Assembly: GCA_024626585.2 (NCBI GenBank)
Contig: JANKJI020000004.1
Coordinates: forward strand, 376,329 to 395,501
Length of the DNA: 19,173 nt
From: Ginkgo biloba
Lineage: Eukaryota > Plantae > Ginkgophyta
Reading direction: 5' to 3'
Below, piece after piece: positions 1 through 11,916 of the stretch. Within the stretch, counting starts at the first letter, position 1, and every line of letters begins with the position of its first letter. The translations under genes were made by a program, and so were the position numbers. Under the pieces are notes generated by a model. The model searched no databases. It saw only the letters and a list, made by a program, of their open reading frames with translations, and was not told the DNA's origin.

Positions 1-1009
1 TATTGGATAGAGTGAAGGGAATTAATTTAATGTGATATGAACATAACTCTAATGTATAAACTGATAAGTATGCCAAAATTACAACAAGGTCCTATCCATA
101 AGGGTTTCCTAGTGGAAAGACTTCCAAGAAAATGTATTTTAAGTTAAAGAAAAAGATAAACAAAAGATGAAATATCCTAACCTAGAAGATTAGAAAAAGG
201 ATTTTATGCAAGCAAAGGATCTTGTCATTAAATATTATTGAGAAGATGCATTAAGATAGCAAGAGTCAACTTAAGACATTGCTACAACACCATTATAAGT
301 GAAGGTTATTGAGAATCCATGAAAATTATAACTTTGGATCTAAAGTTCATATAATACCCATGAAAATGTGGAAATACATGGTATCTTCTCAAATGGTACA
401 GTTAAGGATAAACATTCGAATGATACATCAACATTAGGTTACTCTAAGAGGAAGGTTGCAAGATGTAAAGATCATTTATGGAACTTTGGAAGTTGAGTAG
501 ACTTTTGAGGTGATATCACTTCCAACGAAGGGAATAAATTAGAGGGTATTACTTGGTAGATATTGGATTAATAAAATGAGAGGATCCATTAGCCTAAACA
601 AGGATCAAAGGAAGTTCAAATAAGGCCTAACCTACCTATATGTTCCATTTAATCAAATTAAATAGTCATGGAAAATTATTAAAGAGGATAAATCTTCATC
701 TGAAGATGAGTCTTAAAGTGAATTACTATTTGACAAGGATGTTAATAACATATATGCATTTTCAAATTAAAGAAATGAACCTAGTGATGATAGAGTTATC
801 AACTTTGGCAATATGGAATCTAATATAGTCAACTCTGACAATTTAGTCAAAGAATGGGAAGAAGAGATACATGAACTATACTTCTTTAATATATTCTAAA
901 TCATAATTGATGAGGGAAGAAATATATTTGCCAATTACATTCCCTAGATGATGTGTTGATAAGAATATGCGTTTAGTGAATAAATTTTGGGATAGTTTAT
1001 AAAGATTTT

Positions 1010-1923
1010 AAAAGGGAAGTGGTGGATGCCTGCTTGGGGTTGATAGCAGACCTATTATAATTGGTTTAAATCTAATTATAAGTGGAATATGAGATAATAT
1101 TAGTTATAGGTGAGTTTCATCCACCTATAGGCACAGTGCAGGTAAACCACTTGCACTTACCTATAGGTGAATACAATAGTTACTATTATTTTACCACTTA
1201 TAGCTATGTGCAAATAAATTATTAGAAGAATGAGGATAAGCATAAGTGAATAGAAAGGTGAGGATGGTCTCATGACCACCTACAAGTGGATTATAGGTGG
1301 TAGCATGTCCACCTATAAGCAGGGTACAAGTAGTTACACCCATTTATAGATGGGATGCAAGTGACTTTTCAGTTGCACCCTAGTTGTAGATGGGTAAAAA
1401 TTTGTTATTATAATTTCTTTACTTGTAAATATATGTGATTATTTTAATATGTATTGGTGGAATTCATGATGTTCTTTGTATATTTTATTTACCTACGAGT
1501 TATTTGTAAGTGGGCCCCTTTTAATTAAGTGTAAATATGAAGCCATATTTATGTTAGATGATGACTTAGTTATAAGTTTAGTCACCATTGTTGAATGTGC
1601 AATGTTTCTATCTATTGATAGAATACTTGCACTTAAGGTGTAGGAAAACTAGAGGTCAATGTTTGTTGAAATTGGTTGTAAGTGAAGATGAGTCATCTGG
1701 GTAAGGAATCAATTGTTGTTATGAAACCATTCCCTCTCCCATTCATGTATAAATTCTTTCATTCTAATGGAAAGGACAAACAATATTTTGCTCCCATACT
1801 AAAAGAATGCCAAAAAAATTTGGGCACTCTAAACCATGATAGAGTTGGGTGGATGGTACCCCATGCTAGAACACAAAGCCCAAGTTGTCTCTATGTAGTT
1901 TTCTTATAGTTGTTATTTCTGTT
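1010..1923 (+). mobile_element. Putative LTR (5' part) preceded by a polypurine tract
   Basis: Purine run AAAAGGGAAG at 1010-1019 followed by TG at 1020. The downstream DNA is non-coding and rich in CACCT(G/A)/(C/T)AGGTG motifs. It shares the 14-mer ATGGTACCCCATGC (1853-1866) with the LTR-end segment at 5684-5697. It is cut by a gap at 1924. Confidence 0.35.
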
Positions 1924-2095
1924 NNNNNNNNNNNNNNNNNNNNNNNNNNNNNNNNNNNNNNNNNNNNNNNNNNNNNNNNNNNNNNNNNNNNNNNNNNNNN
2001 NNNNNNNNNNNNNNNNNNNNNNNGAGATTTTGACTCACCCACTGAGATACGGATCAATTTCACTAGAATTTCATCCTAACTTCAAACTTAGGTTA

Positions 2096-2166
2096 TATTT
2101 TTCTTCCTTATACCTAATTTTAAAGTATTTTTCTTTCTTATACCTAACTTTTCAAGTATTTTTCTT
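2096..2166. repeat. Short tandem duplication, ~30-bp unit, ~2.3 copies
   Basis: TATTTTTCTT(C/T)CTTATACCTAA... units start at 2096 and 2126, with a partial third at 2157. Confidence 0.6.
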
Positions 2167-4100
2167 ATGGAGATTAAAATTCTGCGTTCATAACACCTTA
2201 ATTTTTATTTCTCTAGCAACTTCAAATTATTTACCAAGCATATAATGAAAGGAAATCCATATTTATTTCATTATAATGGATCTATCTTGTAAGTAAATCC
2301 ATGATCCAACATCCTTCCTTTGAGTTGGTCTTTAATTTCGTTGGAAAATTATTTCAAGTCGAGTATTTTCCATTTTTTGGGTTAGAAGTCAACATACATT
2401 ATTATTTTGACAACATATCATACCTTTTAACAACTTCCCTCAACAATGCTTAACTCCATTATATTTTTCATCTAACTTGTTCCTTTCTTCCTTAAGCAAT
2501 TTTTCATTATTATAATTGAATCTTTGCATTTTCTATATCTTTTTTTCAATCTACTACGTTGCTATTATGTTAAGAATGAATTTAAATGATCAACAATCCA
2601 AATTGATGTCCTTCAAAAATCATTTTTCTTAAATTGCTAAGAAAAAAACTAGCCTTGGTTATTTTTCTTGATAAACTTTTTCCTAGGAAAACTTTAATAA
2701 AATCAACTAATTCTCTAACAAATATATTCCCTAGATTCTCTAACATCTGTATAAGACCAACATTTAATGTATATTATATTCCATTTATTATATTAATTAA
2801 AATTTCCCATTTAAAATATATATTTTGGCTTAATTATTAACTCCATGTCGGAGTGTTGGATCACATTATAATTTAATAACTCTTTCTATCTCTTAAAAAT
2901 TTCCTCTAACTTTGTTCTAGGATTAACTTCTTTAAATTTAATGATTTTCTTAATGTAATAACATTAAACGGAAGCTTGTTTTACATTTTTTAAATTCTCC
3001 CATTTGCATCTCATATATACTTCATTGCTTAGAATATTCTCATCCTTCAACTTAGTTTATTTTTAAACTACATTTTAAGAGTTAACGATAACTTACCTTC
3101 ATAATTTATCCTCAACAAGGNNNNNNNNNNNNNNNNNNNNNNNNNNNNNNNNNNNNNNNNNNNNNNNNNNNNNNNNNNNNNNNNNNNNNNNNNNNNNNNN
3201 NNNNNNNNNNNNNNNNNNNNNNNNNNNNNNNNNNNNNNNNNNNNNNNNNNNNNNNNNNNNNNNNNNNNNNNNNNNNNNNNNNNNNNNNNNNNNNNNNNNN
3301 NNNNNNNNNTAAAATTAATTTTTTTCCACTTTCATTTCATAAAGTCAAATTCCTTTCATATTTTCTTAAAGGCAACTTTCATTTTATAAAGTGGCTTAGT
3401 TTTAAAAATAAGGTATTTAAGCCTATAACCATGTATAATTTGAATCTACGACTAAAGGGAGGAGCCATAGTTGCTACAATTCATCTCTAAGTTAGTAAAT
3501 GGTTCCACGTCAATAATTTTAGCTAAGAAACCTAAAAATAAAGCATTTTATAGTTATGGATGGAATTGACCATAGTTGAAGATGAATTTCTTCTTTGTAA
3601 TAGATTCTAAAAATGCCATTAAGAAAAAATTTATATAATGTGAAACTCAAATAGTTAGGGTACTTTTTTCACTTTCTCAAGCCTTTTGTCTTTTAGATCC
3701 CAATTTAGGTCTTTATCCTACATGGTTAGGGGATTGTAGAAATGAAAATATAGTCCATTTGGGAAGATTCTTAAGTTTTTAGATTTTAATTTTAACATTT
3801 ATCCTTTTAATAATCTGTGTTCTTGCTCATGCATGCTCATATTGTGATCTATTATTTATGATACCAAATCCGTCTATTATTGTTCAAACTTTAAGCATGA
3901 GATATCAGTATTTGTCTAAGTTATTTTATCATGATTCTTCAGAATACTACTGCCTTGCATTTGATAAGGTTTTTTTTCTTGCTAATTGGGTAAATTTTAA
4001 TGAAATGTTATCTTTTTATATATGACTCTTACTCATGAAGGCACTTGACAATTGATTCAACTTGATTTTACTATGCCTCACATAAGTTCCAAACCATAAT

Positions 4101-4112
4101 TGGTATGAGAGC
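4101..4112 (+). promoter_or_regulatory. Degenerate tRNA-iMet PBS of an LTR element
   Basis: TGGTATGAGAGC is one mismatch from the canonical TGGTATCAGAGC. A second near-copy, TGGTATCATAGC, lies at 4179-4190. Confidence 0.4.
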
Positions 4113-4535
4113 ATGTTTGTGGTATAAAAAAGAAAATGATATAAAAGATACCAAAAATAAAATATGTCATGTAGATATTGGTATCATAGCAAGTTGTAGC
4201 TCTATGAAAAGGAGCTTTCACGAGAAGTGGTCATTTGTTCCAAGAACCTAAGAAGGGTAAGAACCTATTGTTGACTCCAATTTATGCTTGCTCAGCCATG
4301 ACACGATGGTGCCAAGTCTCCCCCTTTAGTTCATAGCTATATTTCTGTCAAATTTTCATGGTCTCAACTTACAGTTGAAATTTGGAAGAAAGTAATCACT
4401 TTTGAGCTGACAGTCCTCAAGGAAAGAGTTGTACANNNNNNNNNNNNNNNNNNNNNNNNNNNNNNNNNNNNNNNNNNNNNNNNNNNNNNNNNNNNNNNNN
4501 NNNNNNNNNNNNNNNNNNNNNNNNNNNNNNNNNNN

Positions 4536-5581
4536 ATTTCTAAAGAATAAATTTGATACTTCTTGGCCTGACATAGGCTTCTTGCATGGTATTGATATCT
4601 CTATCTTACTAAATATGTCCACTACCAAATACACATAGTCATAGCCATACCTTATCATTGACAGTCCATGAAGAAAGTCCACATACACACTTTCCCATAG
4701 TTGACTTGGCATTGGAAAAGGAGTATACAAACCCATTTTTTTATTGGTGGGATTAATTATACAATGTTGTACACATCCCTATATATACTTATCCATGTCC
4801 TCTTGTATTTTTGGCCAATATGAATAATATTGCAAATTCAATAAAGTATTATCAATTCCAACGTGTCTAGCCACTTTGGAAGTATGGGCTTCATGTAATA
4901 ATTGCACTCTCCCTACCTATTTTGAAATGCATAGATTCTCATGCTAGTATAAATTTCCTTTCTTTAAATGGTACTCAAACTTCGGCTCCCCTCATCTCAA
5001 AGTTGCATATACTGACCTGTAATCACCACCCTCCTTATATTGCCCTTGAAATTCCTCAANNNNNNNNNNNNNNNNNNNNNNNNNNNNNNNNNNNNNNNNN
5101 NNNNNNNNNNNNNNNNNNNNNNNNNNNNNNNNNNNTGATAACCAAGTTAAACTACTGCAAGTATGACATCCACTTGAAATATCAGTCTTGTTGAAACTTT
5201 TCTTATGTCTACATATACTAAAGGGATTTATGGTCAGTATGCACAATCATTTTCTTTCATAAAAGATAATGTCTCCAATTCTTTACATCCTAGTGTAAAT
5301 CATACAACTCCTTATCATATATCAGATAATTTAGGACTTCTCTAGGAAAGGTTTTTCAATTATCTGCAATCATCTTACCTTATTGTATCAACATTACTCC
5401 AAGTGCACAACCCAACACATCATCCTCAATTTCAAATGGCTTTTATAAATTTGGTAAACCTAATGTAGGGGATTCACATATCTTCTTCTTGAAGATGTTA
5501 ACTTATTCTTCCTACACCACCATTCACTAAAACCTCTCCTCCTTTGATAAAAACATGTAATAATGCATCCAAAGATGAGAA
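4536..5581 (-). mobile_element. Decayed Ty3/gypsy pol remnant (RT end, RNase H, integrase zinc finger and start of core), chromovirus-like
   Basis: Minus-strand translation, with stops and frameshifts, gives KKKICESPTLGLPNL*KPFEIEDDVLGCALGVMLIQ and WRHYLL..IVHTDHKSL..KWMSYLQ (RNase H). It then gives HTSKVARHVG..YWPKIQEDM..GC (H2C2) and GLYTPFPMPSQLWESVYVDFLHGL..VVDIFSK..IPCKK (integrase core). The RT-RH-INT order is gypsy-type. Confidence 0.9.
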
Positions 5582-5681
5582 NNNNNNNNNNNNNNNNNNN
5601 NNNNNNNNNNNNNNNNNNNNNNNNNNNNNNNNNNNNNNNNNNNNNNNNNNNNNNNNNNNNNNNNNNNNNNNNNNNNNNNNN

Positions 5682-5955
5682 GTATGGTACCCCATGCCAT
5701 CATGGATCATTTGGATTTCCTATGTATAATTTTCTTTGTATTTCCTATTTCTATTATATTTTAGTAATTTTTAGTGTCATTTCCTTTCAGCATTTCTAAT
5801 GGTTATTTTAAATTTTAATTATATGTGAATTCCTTAAGAAACACTCTCTATGCACTTAAGGAGATCAGGTTAGGATTATGACCCCTATTATTTTTCTAAA
5901 TTGACAGTTCATGACCCACGACTAGAATCAATCATTTTGGTAATATTATCAGGGA
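5682..5955 (+). mobile_element. Probable LTR 3' end with a degenerate non-Met PBS (Athila/Tat-type)
   Basis: CA at 5933-5934, then TTT, then TGGTAATATTATCAGGGA (5938-5955). This can be derived mostly by C>T and G>A changes from a TGGCG....GCCGGGGA-type non-chromovirus PBS. It lies upstream of a gag remnant. Confidence 0.4.
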
Positions 5956-6639
5956 GAAGCAAAAGATCCATTGTTGTGACCAAGTGCCTTTCAAGTAGAG
6001 ATTAGTTTATTCTTAGTAGTAGTAATTTTTTTTGTAGATGATATTAGGTTCAATATTCAATCACAAATTCTATATCTCTAAGAAAAAGATAAATTTGGAG
6101 TGATTCTTTGCAAGAATTGGTAATTTTTGTTTGAACAATTCCTACAAAATAGTTGTAATTTAATCTTTCTAAGGAGGAAGTTGCTTGCACAATAGGTGCG
6201 AGTGGTTTCAAAAGATTAATTCTAGTAGTAAANNNNNNNNNNNNNNNNNNNNNNTTACATAATAGATGCAAGTAAGCTATAGAAGATTATAAGCTATAAT
6301 TTTCACTTACATAATAAGTATAGGTGACCCTGAAGACTCATCTATAGTAAATTTATAGGTTATAGCCACACTTAATTTATAGATATATCAAGCATAGGGG
6401 AGGACTTATTTTGCACAGTTATGGGTATGGACTCAAATGCTTAAAATATTAGGGAAGCCTAGGGATGCAGGAGGCAAGTTTATTTCTATTAAAACTATCT
6501 AGTTAAACTATACAATGGAAGAAGAATTACTTCACTCTATGGAAAACTAAGGAGGAGCATAGATAGAGAACATTATACCTTCCACTATTATTTTCTCTAT
6601 AAGAATCACAAAAGATGCTCAAAATAGTTCTATGAAGAA

Positions 6640-7400
6640 TATTCCACTAGTGACACTTCCATAATTCTACAGGAAAAGTCATATGGACCTAGATTCATTA
6701 TTATTTGAGTTTGATGTTTTATTGCATAGTTATTTATACCTAAAGGACACCCATAAATTAAAGTTATTTCTATCCACTTTAAAAGGGTTTACCTTAAGGT
6801 GGTTTATGAATTTGGAGGGTGGATCCATTAGTACATGGGAAGAAATGAAGATAGTATTTTTGAAGAAATACTAAGGATACTACTAAGATAAGGGATTTAA
6901 AAAGAAAATATTAAGATTGTGATAGGAGTAGGATGAATCTCTTGAGGATTATGTCGATAGGTTGGATTACCTCACTAGGATATGTCTAGACATGGGCATG
7001 ATGATTTTACCCTAAAGACTATGTTTCTTTTGTGTTACAACACAAGGTTAAAATGTGGTTGGAAATGTAGGTAAGGGTAAATTATATTATGATACCTTTG
7101 AAGGATTTGAAGGAGTTATGTGTATAATACTAAAGGGAATCAAAGAAATGGGAAAGATGGCCTTCAACTACTTCTTCAGTGAGAGATATTTCAAGAAGGG
7201 CACCAAAATAATATGAGGCAGTTAATAAAGTTAAACTCAACAACTTATTAGGAGATTTAAAAAAAGACATTTTGTCCATAATTACTGAACAATTTACTAC
7301 TTTAGAGTTCAAATCCTATAAAAGAGAGGTTGAAGATAATTTAGTCTTAGTTGTCTTCTATCCAAGGTGCCAAAATAAGAACCATAAGAATCAATATGAT
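6640..7400 (+). mobile_element. Decayed gag of a non-chromovirus (Athila/Tat-like) Ty3/gypsy retrotransposon
   Basis: DSLLFEFDVLLHSYLYLKDTHKLKLFLSTLKGFTLRWFMNLEGGSISTWEEMKIVFLKKY is Retrotrans_gag-like. It is followed by DESLEDYVDRL (~6930-6965) and NLLGDLKKDILS...VFYPRCQNKNH (eroded zinc knuckle). Multiple stop codons are present. Confidence 0.85.
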
Positions 7401-7826
7401 CCCAAAGTTACCAAAATCAAAGAAAATGAGGATAAAGAATTGTTGTGAAGACTATGAGAAATCACTAATGGAGATGAGNNNNNNNNNNNNNNNNCTATGC
7501 CTAAGTAGAAGAATGGAAGGGGTTAGAATCATTAATTCAAGGGGATGTAGGGGAGATATTATCCATGCCCACCACATCAAATATATAAACCTAGTATGTA
7601 TCAATACTCCATACCTACAATCAATACCTAATGTGATCTAAGACTTGTAAAATATCCTCCCTCATTCCCTCTATTATACTATCCCCCTCTTCCTATTCTA
7701 TATCCTCTTATATTTGATAAATATTANNNNNNNNNNNNNNNNNNNNNNNNNNNNNNNNNNNNNNNNNNNNNNNNNNNNNNNNNNNNNNNNNNNNNNNNNN
7801 NNNNNNNNNNNNNNNNNNNNNNNNNN

Positions 7827-8979
7827 GAGGAGAAGAAAGGGATTTTTTCTATTTCTAAAAGAGAGAGAGAGGTTCTTTTGGAGTTCTTTTTGGTTGTTTC
7901 TTAGAGAGTGAATTCTTGTGTTGGTGGATGAGTGAGCAGGTTATTGGTTTATGTTACAGGTTGTTGTGGAAGAAGCAATTGATGAAGGAGTGAATAAAGT
8001 ATAGAGCTAATGAACATCATCAATTAAAGGTATAGATAGCTCTACCTATTTTGGTGTGAAACACACCTGCAGACTGACAAAAATACAAATTGAGGTAGTC
8101 AATAAAGGCATTGATAACTCTGTCCATTTTGGTGCAATGCACCTACAGACCTATAGAACTATCACTTGAGGTAGTCGATAGAGGTGAAGTGAATTTTGCC
8201 TATATTTTTGGTGTGTGATACACTATAGATTGACTAACCCACTGAATGAGGTAGTTGGTAGAAGTCGTTAAGCATTAAACCTATTTTGGTGTGTAATACA
8301 TCTATAGACCAATAAAATTATCGATTGAGATAGTTAGTAAGGCATTAAGATTATGCCTCGTGAAGGCAAGAAAAGATAGCGTTGAGGAGTCCATCACTGA
8401 GACGTAAGAACAAGCTGAGAAAAGTCAAGTTGAACCACCGATGGAGGCAATTTTTTTCTCATGGATAGTAGTCCTGTGGTTTGACTTATATTGATGTTAT
8501 TCTGTTGTGATGTCCTTTGACATAAAAATGAACCATTAAGGTTGTTATAAAGATTAATGCTTAAAGTTGTTAATTTCTTAATGTACCTAGAGTTTTATTC
8601 CTCGTGAGAGTTTCTCTAGTTAAAAAGTCATGTCTCTGTGAGATTTCTTTGTTGTATGAATGTCTTAGTGCTTTGTGTAATTATTCATTAATGTCTGAGC
8701 TATTTTCTTTTGCATATTATAACACACATTAGTAAGCTTTTGCAATTGTGTCGATGAGTGTTATTGCCAATGTGATAGACCATAATCACCAAGTTAGCGG
8801 CTTGTCGATGTCATTGGTGGGGTCTGTCTGCTGAGATCCTAGAGGTAAGTGGCATCAGTGTCGATTTGGATTTAACTGACACTGTCGATGAAACATGTTG
8901 TTTAAATTGATGACCAATGGGAGTGTAGAGAGGTCATTTGATTGATGAATGCCTAGGAAATACCAGGCCAACTGTGTCA
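7827..8979 (+). mobile_element. LTR copy A (5' LTR; its start is lost in a gap)
   Basis: Colinear with copies B and C, from GAGGAGAAGAAAGGG to AGTTAAAAAG. It ends ...TGTGTCA at 8979, 2 nt before a perfect PBS. Confidence 0.85.
8020..8360. repeat. ~78-bp tandem array inside LTR copy A (4 units)
   Basis: TTTTGGTG anchors at 8049, 8127, 8206 and 8284. Confidence 0.85.
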
Positions 8980-8981
8980 TT

Positions 8982-8993
8982 TGGTATCAGAGC
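8982..8993 (+). promoter_or_regulatory. PBS complementary to the tRNA-iMet 3' end
   Basis: Perfect TGGTATCAGAGC directly after CA-TT. Confidence 0.9.
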
Positions 8994-9281
8994 TAAGGAG
9001 TTCATTAATAAAGGGTGAAGGAGAGAAATTTGTTGGTAAAGGGTGGTTTGATACCATCGTTTGGTATTGAAGCTCGTATTTCATTGTGGAGTTTAAAGAC
9101 AAAGGAAGGAGAGCTCGTAGAGTAAGCGCTACAAAGCCAAGGCATTGGTGAAAGAGGTATCATTTGGTATTTAGGTGGGAANNNNNNNNNNNNNNNNNNN
9201 NNNNNNNNNNNNNNNNNNNNNNNNNNNNNNNNNNNNNNNNNNNNNNNNNNNNNNNNNNNNNNNNNNNNNNNNNNNNNNNNN

Positions 9282-9720
9282 AGTTTTGTTCCCCCATGAG
9301 AGTTTCTCCAATTAAAAAGATTGTGTCATGCTCTTGGATGTGATTGAGAGACATTGTCTCATATATGTTTTCTTTATGCATTATATATTTACTAGTATTA
9401 ATATTAGGTTATAAGTAAATAAAAAAAAAAATCTAATCTCTGAGTTCATCATGGCCCAAGCCAATTATTTGAGAATCATATCCATGTGTATGTCGAGGAG
9501 CCAATTGACGGATAGCCCATGTTAACCCGATAGAGAGGTTCATCGACATCATCATCCAGGACTATCATTGAGATCCTGGGAAGTGAATTATATCAACGTT
9601 ACTTTTCTTATCACCAATTTACCTCACATCGAGTGATTTACACATACCAGTCTCACTGCACCCAATACATATTAGATTTGGCTGATGGTCAACTGATCCT
9701 ATGTCAGTTGGTATTAAAGC
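9282..9720 (+). mobile_element. 3' end of a related LTR plus degenerate tRNA-iMet PBS (9709-9720)
   Basis: Begins AGTTTTGTTCCCCCATGAGAGTTTCTCCAATTAAAAAGATTGTGTCAT, similar to ~8590-8635 and ~16370-16417. Ends TGTCA (9702-9706), then GT, then TGGTATTAAAGC (two transitions from canonical). Directly followed by gag. Confidence 0.75.
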
Positions 9721-9791
9721 ATAGAAGGGAACTGAGAGTAGACATAACCCTTATTCAGATGATGTATACCTTGGTGTAGAAGGTCGATGAC

Positions 9792-10475
9792 TTGGGAAAT
9801 GAATTGAGAAGGCGAAGACTGATAGTGAGTGATGCTAAAATAAAACTTGAATATGAAGGACCAGAACTACCTGGACTAAGGATAGAAGATTTGTTAGCTA
9901 GATTGCTAAGAAGAAATAGAGGTGGAACAAGGGTTGATGTACCAAGATATGGGGGAAGTCTAAATCCAGAGGACCTATTGAAGTGGGTTAGATCATTAGA
10001 GAAGTATTTTGACTGGGAGGAGATAGAAGATCCCGAGAAGGTGAAATTCGCATGCATAAGACTAAAGGGTCATGCAAACATATGGTGGGAGAACCTTTAG
10101 AAGGAGAGAGTCTGAAAAGGAAAGGAGAAAATGAGGATATGGTAAAGGATGGTTGAGAAGATAAAGGGAAAAATGGTGCCAACAAACTATGGCCAGAGAT
10201 TGTTTAAGAGTGTACTTGAGTACATTGACGAGTTCTTTCGATTGTCAATTTGTAACTTTGATGAAGGTGAAGAATAGTTGGCATCCAGGTATGTAAATGG
10301 TTTAAATTCTACCATTCAATACAAAATTATGATGCACCATGTAAGAAATGGCACTGAAGCCTATCATCTTATGTTAAAGGCTGAGGAGAAGCTGGCCAAA
10401 AATTTAAGGAAAAGACCTTTTGTGAAAGGTGCAATAATATCACATCAACAATATAAGATAAATGTCCAAAAATGA
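9792..10475 (+). mobile_element. Decayed Ty3/gypsy gag, CRM/chromovirus-like
   Basis: RVDVPRYGGSLNPEDLLKWVRSLEKYFDWEEIEDPEKVKFACIRLKGHANIWWENL*, then KGKEKMRIW*RMVEKIKGKMVPTNYGQRLFK, SVLEYIDEFFRL and LASRYVNGLNSTIQ..EAYHLMLKAEEKL. Stops and a frameshift are present. Confidence 0.88.
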
Positions 10476-11093
10476 AAGGATAAAGTCCATTTAAGGTATG
10501 AGAATCCCCAAATTTTGTTTCTGACATGATATTTTGACCAAGAAGAGAACTAAAGGCCTACCATGCTTGAGGTTAGGGAGGATTTGAACATACCTATGGA
10601 TGAGGGTCAGATAGAGAACTACAAGTACTATGAAGACCTACAACATGATGTAGATCCAGTGAAGAAGTCCACAAATCATTCGAGTACCCAAGGTAGGATT
10701 CCAAAAGATTATGNNNNNNNNNNNNNNNNNNNNNNNNNNNNNNNNNNNNNNNNNNNNNNNNNNNNNNNNNNNNNNNNNNNNNNNNNNNNNNNNNNNNNNN
10801 NNNNNNNNNNNNNAAATGGAGTTTATCTCTGGCCCTTCTAGAGGCCGTGAAGAAGCCATCTCCATGAGGAAGAATGGTCAAAATTTTATTATTTTGACCT
10901 TGTCTCAAGATGAGACATAGCTTTAAGTGTGGGAGAGTGTTGGATGAAGAATCTAATGCATGTCAGAAATGGTTGAGACCGACGTGGATATGAGAAAGTT
11001 CACTAGCATGTGTTAACATGAGTGTGACCAATATCGACAAGTGACAGAAAGGATTTATCTGATAGTGACATAAAACTTTAGCATCCTAATGCT

Positions 11094-11462
11094 AGGAGGA
11101 GATACTGTTACACCAATATGATTCATCTCACTGATGAATGTCAAGGTAGACCCAGGTAGTGGTACACTAATATCATCCCACTGACATCAGCGAGAGAAAC
11201 TCACTGACACTGACATGAGAATCTGATGTAAGTCTCTAACTTTCTCTATATAGTGCAACTACTGCGATGATTATTTAACCATCTGCACTTTGTATATATA
11301 GATGACATAGGATAGGATAAGGTATAGTAGACTTGTATGATGCAATATGATGATTGTACATGTTTAGGCTTTGTAATCTATGAGCAATAATATAAGGATT
11401 GGCTAGTTTTCCACATATTTATGTATGGTGTTCAATGCATATGAATGTGATATGTGATGTGA
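11094..11462 (+). mobile_element. Putative polypurine tract and start of a 3' LTR
   Basis: AGGAGGAGA (11094-11102), then TAC, then TGTTACA at 11106. The downstream non-coding DNA has CTGACAC motifs like those at ~14140 and a TATATATA at ~11293. It is cut by a gap at 11463. Confidence 0.4.
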
Positions 11463-11916
11463 NNNNNNNNNNNNNNNNNNNNNNNNNNNNACATAATCTA
11501 TCACCTAAGTAGGGATACACCGTACACCCATTAGACAACACTATACTTAACAATAACTATAAGTGAAGGTTGTTGAGATGATGTGATATAAATGTAGGTG
11601 AATAGATGAAGAATGTAACTGTAAGATGAAGCGAAGGTGAATTGATGTGGCTCTAAATGAAATTTTCCTTTATTCTATTTGAGGAGTAAGTGAATCTATT
11701 TAGCATGTTTAGTTATAGTTACATGAGAATTATAGGAGATAAGGTTTACAATTTCGAATGCATTTTATTGTTCATGAGAGCTATATATTATTGCAAGTGA
11801 AATTCTGCTAAGGAGATATAGGTGAAAGTCCTTTAACAAGTGCAGTTGTAGGTGAAATTGAGTTGCAAGTGAAATGGTTAGTGATCTCACTTACATTGTT
11901 GTGCAAATGGGATATT

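Noticed and set aside
1866-2245. ORFs spanning N-runs (here and at 4922-5246, 5498-5799, 7714-7911, 9160-9381, 10563-10920, 13576-13862, 16353-16547)
   Set aside because: They are open only because N codons contain no stops, and gap sizes are unreliable.
4312-4335. Minus-strand AAAGGGGGAGA polypurine-tract-like motif
   Set aside because: No matching LTR or adjacent coding remnant could be tied to it, so it is too weak to call.
4356-4435. C-terminal part of the integrase ORF beyond the gap (YNSFLEDCQLK...)
   Set aside because: It does not continue the integrase core motif and is a separate contig joined across 100 N.
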